This document shows positions 9,535 to 17,488 of a stretch of 60,334 bases of DNA, one piece after another. Source of the stretch: Deltaproteobacteria bacterium (GTDB lineage Bacteria; Desulfobacterota; Desulfomonilia; UBA1062); the NCBI GenBank assembly GCA_029574005.1, contig JAKQBR010000308.1, positions 1 to 60,334 on the forward strand, read 5' to 3'. The notes below the pieces were generated by a model that worked only from the letters and a program-made list of their open reading frames with translations, did no database searches and had not been told where the DNA came from. The translations under genes and the position numbers were made by a program. Within the stretch, counting starts at the first letter, position 1, and every line of letters begins with the position of its first letter.

Positions 9535-9678
9535 CTAGATGAAGTATCTGAACGGCAGATAAGGCACATTCTTGGCAAGATGGATGAGATAGCGCTTCGT
9601 GCTGAGCGAAAGCGTGAACCACTTTCCTACCGCGCCAACGGCCAGCAGGAGCCATGCAAGTTTGACCAGTTTTGACAT
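9535..9678 (-). CDS. Microprotein B (47 aa), paralogue of microprotein A
   Basis: Hand translation: MSKLVKLAWLLLAVGAVGKWFTLSLSTKRYLIHLAKNVPYLPFRYFI. RBS AGAGGAGG lies 6 nt upstream. It is wedged between two flavoenzyme genes, with gaps of 37 and 21 nt. Not in the ORF track. Confidence 0.6.
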   Translation of the reverse strand: MSKLVKLAWLLLAVGAVGKWFTLSLSTKRYLIHLAKNVPYLPFRYFI

Positions 9679-9715
9679 CTCTTACCTCCTCTTTATCGGG
9701 AATAATCTCTTATGG

Positions 9716-11221
9716 TTATGCGCGAGCTTCCAGGATCTTGTCCGCGGTCACGACGCCGGAGGCCACCGATGTCGGCACGCCGCCGCCGAAGTGCGTTGAA
9801 GCACCGGCCAGGAACAGGTTCTTGATGACCCGCGACTTGTTGCTCATGCGGAACATGGCCAGCGAGGTGATATCCGAGAACAGGCCATAGATGCCGCCTT
9901 CCGTATGCAGCAGCCGGCGCTCGAAATCGAGCGGGGTGGAGACATCCATCATCGTGACATGTTTGCGGGCATCCGGCAGGACGTACTTCTCGAGCTCCTT
10001 GAGGCCCTGCTCTTTGTACCAATCCTTGCAGCGATCCCAGTTCTCGCCGATCGGGGCGTAGGGGGCCGGGGCGTTGCAGATCCAGTTCAGCACGTGGTGA
10101 CCTTCCGGTGCCAGGGTCGGATCGGCTTCGGTGGGCCAGCAGATGAGGCTCATGGCGTTCTGCGGGATGAGCCCCTTCATATAGTAGTCATCCCAGACGG
10201 AATTCATCTTCTCCAACGGTCCGGTTACGATGGTGTGGTGGGCATTCAGGTTGGGCTTGGCATCCAAGCCGACATAGATCATGGGGCACGGCATGGACTT
10301 CTGATAGCTTGAAACCGCTATATTAGCCCAACGCGGCAGGATCTCCGGACCGATGAGCTTGAGGTAGGTGACCTTGCCATTGATATTGGAAACGACGATA
10401 TCGGCCGTGATCTCGGTACCGTCTGAAAGCACGACACCCTTGGCGGTCTTATCCTTGACGATAATCTTATCGACCTTCTTGTTGAGCTCGACCTTGAGGC
10501 CGTATTCCTGCCCGGCGCGCATGATGGCTGAAGGGATACTGATCATGCCGCCCTTGGGATAATAGATGCCAAGGTGCTCGGAAAGAGCGATCATGCCGAA
10601 GATACCGGACCCCAGGTAAGGCGGACAACCGGCAAAGAACGACTGGAAGGAAACCGAGGCCAGCATGTCCTTGTTCGTGAAGGCCTTTCTCACGCACATC
10701 TCATGGTTCTGGACAAAGTACGGCAGGATCTTGTAGAGCTTGGGATATTTCGCAACGATTTTCATGGCGGCGCCGAAGGTATTCATATCGGCGCAGAGCA
10801 TGGCCTCCATGGCATAGTGCAGGAGCCACATCCCAAACTCTTCAAATTTGACCCAGCTATCATAGTCCTCGGGGGCCATCTTCTTGATGACCTCGCGGGT
10901 CCCCTCCAGGCTCGTCGGCATGGTGAAGCGCTTGCCTTCCGGGGTAATGAACGAATAGATCGGATCACAGGGGACGAGATCAAGGTAATCCTTGATATTC
11001 TTGCCCATGCGTTCGAAAACGACTTCAAGCGGGCGCACCAGTTCGACGATAGAGGCACCCACATCAAATTTATAGCCCTGGTTCTCGAAGGTCGAGCAGC
11101 ATCCGCCGATGACATTGTTCTGCTCAAGGACCAAAACCTTCATGCCCTTCTTGGAAAGCAGCGAACCCGTCGTAAGCCCGCCCAACCCGGCACCTATGAT
11201 TATCGCATCATAATCAGCCAT
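9716..11221 (-). CDS. Phytoene-desaturase-superfamily (CrtI/CrtISO/RetSat-like) FAD oxidoreductase, paralogue 1 (501 aa from the ATG at 11221)
   Basis: RBS AAGGAGAAGG precedes MADYDAIIIGAGLGGL, so the track start at 11281 is probably an over-extension. Motifs GGCCSTFENQGYKFDVGASIVEL, GIYYPKGGM, LFLAGASTHFGGGVP. Confidence 0.85.
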   Translation of the reverse strand: MADYDAIIIGAGLGGLTTGSLLSKKGMKVLVLEQNNVIGGCCSTFENQGYKFDVGASIVELVRPLEVVFERMGKNIKDYLDLVPCDPIYSFITPEGKRFTMPTSLEGTREVIKKMAPEDYDSWVKFEEFGMWLLHYAMEAMLCADMNTFGAAMKIVAKYPKLYKILPYFVQNHEMCVRKAFTNKDMLASVSFQSFFAGCPPYLGSGIFGMIALSEHLGIYYPKGGMISIPSAIMRAGQEYGLKVELNKKVDKIIVKDKTAKGVVLSDGTEITADIVVSNINGKVTYLKLIGPEILPRWANIAVSSYQKSMPCPMIYVGLDAKPNLNAHHTIVTGPLEKMNSVWDDYYMKGLIPQNAMSLICWPTEADPTLAPEGHHVLNWICNAPAPYAPIGENWDRCKDWYKEQGLKELEKYVLPDARKHVTMMDVSTPLDFERRLLHTEGGIYGLFSDITSLAMFRMSNKSRVIKNLFLAGASTHFGGGVPTSVASGVVTADKILEARA

Positions 11222-11296
11222 AGCCTTCTCCTTATAAGACTTTCTGCATGCACATGATATACGATCACTGCATTTGAACACTGTATGACCGAATAA

Positions 11297-11309
11297 TGAC
11301 GCTATGTCA
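11297..11309. promoter_or_regulatory. Operator-like palindrome TGACgctatGTCA overlapping a TTGACA -35-like hexamer upstream of the flavoenzyme operon
   Basis: On the minus strand it reads CTTGACAtagcGTCA. It lies ~75 nt upstream of the ATG at 11221 in an AT-rich gap. Related sites are at 12814, 41429, 4520, 14389 and 14489. Confidence 0.35.
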
Positions 11310-11470
11310 AGTTTTTTATTTATTATTGCGGGGCGCTGCCTGCCTCGGGTCGGAGACAGAAACCGGGAGGTATGGCTTTCATCATATTGTTTTTATTGTT
11401 CATTGAATATATCTTCGATGTCATCAATATCTGACATGATGTTTATTTTACTTGACACACCGGCGAGCGC

Positions 11471-12643
11471 CTAGAGCAGTTTCGCTATTTGGGCCTGCAG
11501 CCAGTTGCCGATGCTCTTTTTATAACCCGGCATATAGGTGTCCATGAAGTGCTGGATGCGCATATTCTCATTCCCGACATCCACCATGAGCTGCCCGTAA
11601 TTTTCCGGCACGTCCCGCCGATCCGCGCGCAAAACCATATGCAAGGCACCGGCCTTACACTTCGAGGCGCATATCCCGCAGCCGATGCAGCGCCAGGGCT
11701 CGTGGATCAGTTTTTTGTCGTATATATGCAGCGCTCCGGCCGGACACACCTTGGCGCAAGCACCGCAGGACGTACAGAGGCCGGCATCGAAGCGCACGAC
11801 ATAACGGCTGTTGACAAACATGGCCGGGGTGTTGAACCTCGTCATGGTGGCGAGTGATACGCAGCAGCAGGCGCAGCAGTTGCAGCAGATAGCCGGATTC
11901 TCGATATTGTCCGTAAAGTGAACCAGACCGGACTCTTCGGCGCGATCGACCGCCTCCAATATTTCCTGTTTGCTGACCATGCGGCCGAAGCCCACCTTCT
12001 CCACGTAACGGGCCGCCGCGCCGAACTGCATGCACACGTCCATGGGATGCGAACAGCGCTGACCGACGTACTCCTTCTGCCTCCTGCAGGCACAGGCCGA
12101 GGCCAAGGACCAGGCATCCTGGCGATCGATGATTTCACGAATGCTCTCCGACGGCAGAACACCGGTTTTGATATCCGGCAGACTCTCCTGAATCGGAATG
12201 ATGCGAAACACCTTTGATGGGCCGATGAGCATCTTCTGTGAATATTCAAGATTATAATACTGCTCGAAGAGCTCAGCGAACCTGCGGGTCCTTTCGTCAT
12301 CAGGGGCCTTGTACATGAAGGCCTCAAAGATGCCCGGCATCATCGGCATGACGATATATTTACGGTCCGCGCCGTCCCCGAAGGCGAATATCACCCCCCG
12401 GTCGGCCAATCTGTCCAGGATAACCCGGACCTCCTCCACCGGGCGGTGCACCCGTCGGGCGACCTTTTCGGCCGTGGGGCTCAGGATCGTTACCTTGCTT
12501 GCGATGAGGGCCTCTTCCTCACTGAACAACAGCTCGAGGATCTCAAGCAGCAGTTCATTGATGACGGATTTCAGCGGGGGCAATTGGTTCAAACGTTTTG
12601 CGAGCAGTTTATGCGCCTTGGTAGCCACGGAACCTCCTATCAA
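11471..12643 (-). CDS. Winged-helix-like N-domain / Cys-rich / 2x[4Fe-4S] ferredoxin-domain protein (390 aa)
   Basis: The C-terminus carries CTSCGACAKVCP and CIGCGICASKCK ferredoxin motifs. Extra Cys clusters: CACRRQ...C.....C and NPAICCNCCACCC. The N-terminal segment LSPTAEKVARRVHRPVEEVRVILDRLADRGVI looks MarR/wHTH-like. Confidence 0.7.
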   Translation of the reverse strand: MIGGSVATKAHKLLAKRLNQLPPLKSVINELLLEILELLFSEEEALIASKVTILSPTAEKVARRVHRPVEEVRVILDRLADRGVIFAFGDGADRKYIVMPMMPGIFEAFMYKAPDDERTRRFAELFEQYYNLEYSQKMLIGPSKVFRIIPIQESLPDIKTGVLPSESIREIIDRQDAWSLASACACRRQKEYVGQRCSHPMDVCMQFGAAARYVEKVGFGRMVSKQEILEAVDRAEESGLVHFTDNIENPAICCNCCACCCVSLATMTRFNTPAMFVNSRYVVRFDAGLCTSCGACAKVCPAGALHIYDKKLIHEPWRCIGCGICASKCKAGALHMVLRADRRDVPENYGQLMVDVGNENMRIQHFMDTYMPGYKKSIGNWLQAQIAKLL

Positions 12644-12936
12644 TTTAACATCACGTCATTTCGAGCATGATGTAGAGCAATTATACCATGTGCTGCTCTA
12701 TCAAGCAATATCAATGCTCAATACGGATTACGCCATGCCTGGCCCCGGCGGCAGGGAGAGGTTCAAGGCTGTCGAAACTACCGATCATGCATTTAATATA
12801 TTGTTTTTATTAATGACGATATGTCTATAAATGGATCACCAATGCGCATGCACCTTGACGGCCCCACGCAAGCCCCCCCATGAATCCCGGCCCTGCGCAC
12901 GGGGGAATAACGGTCTTTGGATTGATACCCGCCGGC

Positions 12937-14298
12937 CTAGCTCTCTTCGAGCTGGTGGTTTAAGAAATAATAGAGGAACCACGACATATTCTCGGCATAC
13001 TCTTCCTTGCTGCACTCCAGGACGCCCATGTTCCTCAGGAAGGTTGAAAAGCTCACGGTTGAAAGGATGATCTGCGCGGCGATGACGGGATCGACGTCGG
13101 TGCAAAAACCCTGCTCCTTGAGGGCGGCGATACGAAGACCCAGCGTTTCGGCGAAGGAGGAGAAATAGCCACGGTAATGGTTGCTGATCTTATCGCTGCA
13201 GAAGGTGCCCTGCAGGATAGCCCAGTTGAATGGGGTATCGAAGATATCCACGATCTGGTAGCTGATCCTTCTGAGTTCTTCTATGGACGACGTGTCCAGG
13301 CGTGCGATGAAATCCTTTGACGTCGCATTGAGCGGATTTATCCTCGAGATCATATTGCTGAAGACCGCTTCGATAATATCATCCTTGTCCTTGAAATAGA
13401 GGTAGAACGTCCCCCGGCTCAAGTCCGCGCGCTTGGCGATATCCGCGATGGTCGTATCGAAGTACCCCTTGGCCGCCAGCTCTTCCTCGGCCGCCTTGAT
13501 CAGCTCCTTGCGGGTCTTCTTATCCTTTTCCGAACCGTTGCGCCCCTTCTTGCCGGTCCGGCGCGCGCCTTTTTCGAGCATAAAGCCTGGGTAGAGGATG
13601 CCGGTGATCGTCTTGGCTAGATCCTCGTGAGTGGCCGTGATCATGCCCATGGTGCTCATCAGAATGGAGGTGGCAATACAGATGGACATGAAATCCGCCA
13701 GGATATCGACATTACAGTCCCGATAGCGCCCTTTCTTCTGCACCGTCTTGAGCACAACCTTGAAGATGTAGGCCGAGTCGCGCACGGCCTGCGTCGAGAG
13801 GGCAAAAATCTCCTTGCTCTGCAGCATGCCCTGCACAAGGGCCTTCATAAGGCCGGAGGCCATGGCCAGGGATTCCACAACCGTCCGAATGGTACCCTCA
13901 AACAGAGGAAGCAACTCCGGGGTAAGGGTGACCTTCTGGATATTGATCTGAGAGTTCACCGCATTGGAGATCTGCGGCACCATCTGCAGAAGGTCCTGCA
14001 CCATTGCCTTGAGGATATCGTTCTTGTTTTTGAAATACAGATAGAACGTGCCGTGGCTCACCCCGGCACGCTGGGTGATGGAATCCACATTGGTCAGGTA
14101 ATAGCCATGCTCGCTGAATTCCTTGATGGCCGCATCCAGCAGCCGCTGGCGCGTTTGTTCGCTGGCCACCTGTGTAGGTACAGTATTATATTCCAAGATT
14201 AGCCCTCGTGGGCCTAGTGCTAGCATCCCGGTCGCCGGTCTGTCAACTGTTCGCCTCGACGCATGACCACGGCGAGGTTCTTCACTGCCATCATGCAA
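12937..14298 (-). CDS. TetR-family regulator made of two complete TetR units in one polypeptide
   Basis: Two HTH boxes: TRQRLLDAAIKEFSEHGYYLTNVDSITQRAGVSHGTFYLYFKNKNDIL and TRKELIKAAEEELAAKGYFDTTIADIAKRADLSRGTFYLYFKDKDDII. Each is followed by a ~150-aa ligand-domain-sized region. The true start is uncertain; an alternative is the ATG at 14226. Confidence 0.8.
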   Translation of the reverse strand: MHDGSEEPRRGHASRRTVDRPATGMLALGPRGLILEYNTVPTQVASEQTRQRLLDAAIKEFSEHGYYLTNVDSITQRAGVSHGTFYLYFKNKNDILKAMVQDLLQMVPQISNAVNSQINIQKVTLTPELLPLFEGTIRTVVESLAMASGLMKALVQGMLQSKEIFALSTQAVRDSAYIFKVVLKTVQKKGRYRDCNVDILADFMSICIATSILMSTMGMITATHEDLAKTITGILYPGFMLEKGARRTGKKGRNGSEKDKKTRKELIKAAEEELAAKGYFDTTIADIAKRADLSRGTFYLYFKDKDDIIEAVFSNMISRINPLNATSKDFIARLDTSSIEELRRISYQIVDIFDTPFNWAILQGTFCSDKISNHYRGYFSSFAETLGLRIAALKEQGFCTDVDPVIAAQIILSTVSFSTFLRNMGVLECSKEEYAENMSWFLYYFLNHQLEES

Positions 14299-14382
14299 CG
14301 CCTGGCCGCAACGATCGCGTCGGCATGCGGCGGCAACAATAAGATCTACAGGATCACCTCGATAGCCCGGCCAATCCCTGAC

Positions 14383-14399
14383 TCATAATGACATTATGA
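14383..14399. promoter_or_regulatory. Perfect 8+1+8 palindrome TCATAATGaCATTATGA in the tetR / FAD-operon divergent intergenic region
   Basis: Read directly from the sequence. It lies between the minus-strand TetR gene and the plus-strand gene at 14546, the typical position of a TetR operator. Confidence 0.4.
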
Positions 14400-14545
14400 T
14401 CATTATAGAATGACGGTTCATTTCACGACAGTCCCTCAGCATTGCTCTTGTGTAAACATATAATCGAATGATATATGGATGTCATGACTGACGCTGTGTT
14501 TAGTTTTATCCGCCATAAGATGTCGGTCTTCTTGTATGAGGAGGT

Positions 14546-15946
14546 GTGCGTATGCCGGAAAAAGTATTTGACTGCGTGGTGATCGGTTCCGGGGTCGGCG
14601 GAAGTTGCGCCGCCGCCATGATGGCCCACTACGGCTACAAGGTGCTCCTGGCGGAAAAACGCGCCAATCTGGGCGGCAGGTTTTCAACCATGGAGATCGA
14701 CGGCTTCAAATGCCCCACCGGCGCATTGATCGTCACGCGTGGGACCGAGCTGGAAAAGACCTTCAAGGTCACCGGAGCCGAGTTCGACATCGTGAAGGCC
14801 GCCCAGGTCTCCTGGAAGATCGGCGACACGGTCTACCCGGTCTCCGGCCCTGGTGCGCTCAAGACCCTGTGGTCACTCTTCACCAAGCTGCCGCCCAGGC
14901 TCTACCGCTATGCCTTCATGTCGACGCTCAGACTCTTCGGCGCCATGGGGGAAATACTCTTCTTCAAATTCTTAAACCTGTTCCGCAAGGAGGAGGATTA
15001 CGTCTATCGCCGACATGAGGAAAACCCGGTCACGTTCCGTGAATGGATCGAGAGATACACGGACGACAAGGTCGTGATACAGTCCGTGCACGCCTTCATC
15101 TCGGCCCTGTTCAGCGCCATCAATGACTTCGAATGTCCGGCATCGGATGTCTTCGCCTTCGGCGCCAGCATGGCCAACCCCTTCAAGCCCCACACCTTCG
15201 GCTTTGCCCGTCACGGCAACGTCGAGCTCATGAAGTCCCTGGCACGGGTCGTCACGCAGAAAGGCGGCGAGGTTATGACCGAGACCGAGGTCAAAGAGAT
15301 CAAGATCTCGAATGGCGTGGCCACCGGCGTGGTCCTCGTCGGCCCGCAGGGCGAGTTCGAGGTCGCGGCCAAGACCGTGATCAGCAATGCCGGGCCCAGC
15401 GCCACCATGAACATGGTCGGCGAGCGGCACTACCCTGAGCCCTATGTGCGCAAGCTTAAGCAGACCCTGAGGCCGGCGCCCATCGTCATGGGCAACATCG
15501 CGAGCGACGTGCCGCTGATCGACCACAAAGGGCTCGTGGTCATTACCGGCACCAAGACCATTGTGGGCGCCGTAAACCTGACGTACCACACCAGGGATGT
15601 CGCCCCTGAAGGCCAACACCTCCTCTGGACCTTTGCCACGCCCGCCACCTGCACAAGCAAGATCGACAAGGAGATGGAGATCCGCCACCACATGGAGGAC
15701 CTGGAGACCGCCTTCCCGCTCTTCAAACAGCACGGCCGCGTGCTAGATCTCATGGTCAAGGACATCGACGACGATCTGCCCTGTTTGCGCACCTGGCCGG
15801 GGTATGACATGCCAGTGACCACCCCGATCCCCAACCTCTTCAATGTGGGCGACGGCGTCAAGGACTTCGGCTGGACGGGTTGCCCGGCCTGCGCCAAGAG
15901 CGCCTGGAAGGTTGTGAAAAAGATCCGCAGGGATTACCCGCTGTAG
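14546..15946 (+). CDS. FAD-dependent oxidoreductase, phytoene-desaturase/amine-oxidase superfamily (466 aa)
   Basis: RBS GAGGAGG. Motif VFDCVVIGSGVGGSCAAAMMAHYGYKVLLAEKRANLGGRFST (GxGxxG ... E ... GGR). Confidence 0.8.
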   Translation: MRMPEKVFDCVVIGSGVGGSCAAAMMAHYGYKVLLAEKRANLGGRFSTMEIDGFKCPTGALIVTRGTELEKTFKVTGAEFDIVKAAQVSWKIGDTVYPVSGPGALKTLWSLFTKLPPRLYRYAFMSTLRLFGAMGEILFFKFLNLFRKEEDYVYRRHEENPVTFREWIERYTDDKVVIQSVHAFISALFSAINDFECPASDVFAFGASMANPFKPHTFGFARHGNVELMKSLARVVTQKGGEVMTETEVKEIKISNGVATGVVLVGPQGEFEVAAKTVISNAGPSATMNMVGERHYPEPYVRKLKQTLRPAPIVMGNIASDVPLIDHKGLVVITGTKTIVGAVNLTYHTRDVAPEGQHLLWTFATPATCTSKIDKEMEIRHHMEDLETAFPLFKQHGRVLDLMVKDIDDDLPCLRTWPGYDMPVTTPIPNLFNVGDGVKDFGWTGCPACAKSAWKVVKKIRRDYPL

Positions 15947-16075
15947 GCAGGATGGAATGTCCGGACAATATCAGAAATTGCCAGCCGGTGGGTTGGCCTG
16001 GGACGCTGATCGATCATCAGAGATGCGATCGGTCAGCTCTCTGTTTATGCCCAAGGAGACTGAGAGGAGACTGAG

Positions 16076-17413
16076 ATGGGTGCCACGTATGATGCCATCG
16101 TCATTGGGGCCGGTATCGCCGGTTTAGGAATCAGCGGGATTCTGGCCCGCGCGGGGAAAAAGGTGGTTTTGCTGGAAAAGAACTCCCATGTGGGAGGAAG
16201 GGCCGCCACCTTCAAAAAGGACGGCTGGGTGCGCAGCATCGGCCAGCATGCCGCCTTGAAAGGCCAGCGATACGACACCCTGCTGCAGACCCTCGGGGTT
16301 GACTGCCCGCGCGAGTATTTCGGCGACCTGCAGATGTATTATGAAGGCCAGTTCAAAAGCATACTCGACATCATCCCCACGTTGGTCGCCCGCTTGAGTC
16401 CGGAAGACAACCTGAGGATTGCTGAAAAGCTGCTCAACCCGGCCGTCGATCTGGATGCGCTCGACGACATCTCCGCCGATGTATGGATTAAAGAGATCAT
16501 AACCGATGAGGTCTTGCTGGACTTCATGCGCATGGCAACGGTTATCATGACGACCATCCCCTTCATGAAGGATATGGCCGCCAGCACCCTGAAGGAATCC
16601 ATCATGATCATTACGCGCACCATGGAAACCTGGCTGGCTGCCAACGGCATGGGTGAATTCATGGAGGCCATGGCCGCCGACATCCGGCGGCATGGCGGAG
16701 AAATTCGGACGAACACCCCGGTGGAAAGGATCCTCATCAAGGACAAGAAGGTTCTCGGGGTTCTGGCCGGGGAGAAGATTGTAGCGGAAGTGGAAGGGGA
16801 GTTCGGCAATGTCACCACGATCGAGGCGCCGGTGGTCATATCCGCCATCCCCGTCTGGGAGATCTTCAAGATCGCCCCACAGGACGAGTTCCCGCAGGAT
16901 TTCGTGAAAAAGGCCTGGAATGTGTCGGCACACACCGCCAATCTGGGGCTTACCGCCGGGCTGAAAAAATCGGTCTACGAAGGCCGCGGATTGCTCATGG
17001 TCGATTATCCGAGCCTCGGATACCCGGGCAGCATCTTCATGCCCACCAATGTCTGCCCGAACCTGGCCCCTGCTGGCTACCAGCTTTTTGAGGCCTCCAT
17101 CATCTGCGACTACGACATCCGCAAAGACCCGGAACAGCTGCACCACATGATGGCCATGCTCAACAAAGACCTGCAGACATGGTTCCCCGGCTGGGACAAG
17201 CAGGCACTATGGATCAAGAACTACTTCCATTATGAAGAACCGAAACGCACCCCGGGTCGCGCCGGCAGGCATCGCCCCGATTACACGGCCGCAGGGATTC
17301 AGGGGCTGTTCCTGTGCGGGGATTCGATCGGCTCCCGCTGCCTGCCGGGGATGGAGTGCGCCGCCGATTCGGCCATGACCTGCGCCGAGATCGTGCTCGG
17401 CACGATGAAATGA
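16076..17413 (+). CDS. FAD-dependent oxidoreductase, phytoene-desaturase/amine-oxidase superfamily (445 aa)
   Basis: RBS GAGGAG. Motif YDAIVIGAGIAGLGISGILARAGKKVVLLEKNSHVGGRAATF and C-terminal LFLCGDS. Confidence 0.8.
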   Translation: MGATYDAIVIGAGIAGLGISGILARAGKKVVLLEKNSHVGGRAATFKKDGWVRSIGQHAALKGQRYDTLLQTLGVDCPREYFGDLQMYYEGQFKSILDIIPTLVARLSPEDNLRIAEKLLNPAVDLDALDDISADVWIKEIITDEVLLDFMRMATVIMTTIPFMKDMAASTLKESIMIITRTMETWLAANGMGEFMEAMAADIRRHGGEIRTNTPVERILIKDKKVLGVLAGEKIVAEVEGEFGNVTTIEAPVVISAIPVWEIFKIAPQDEFPQDFVKKAWNVSAHTANLGLTAGLKKSVYEGRGLLMVDYPSLGYPGSIFMPTNVCPNLAPAGYQLFEASIICDYDIRKDPEQLHHMMAMLNKDLQTWFPGWDKQALWIKNYFHYEEPKRTPGRAGRHRPDYTAAGIQGLFLCGDSIGSRCLPGMECAADSAMTCAEIVLGTMK

Positions 17414-17488
17414 TCGAATCAATACGGATATGAGCGCCCAGAAAGATCCTGCTAGGGATTAACTACTGCGCAAACAAGGAGGTATGCA

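Noticed and set aside
6310-17413. Interpreting the crtI-like genes as a standard carotenoid biosynthesis cluster.
   Set aside because: The window holds no phytoene/squalene synthase, GGPP synthase, cyclase, hydroxylase or glycosyltransferase genes. The context is instead a porin, exported lipoproteins, lipases and a TetR regulator.
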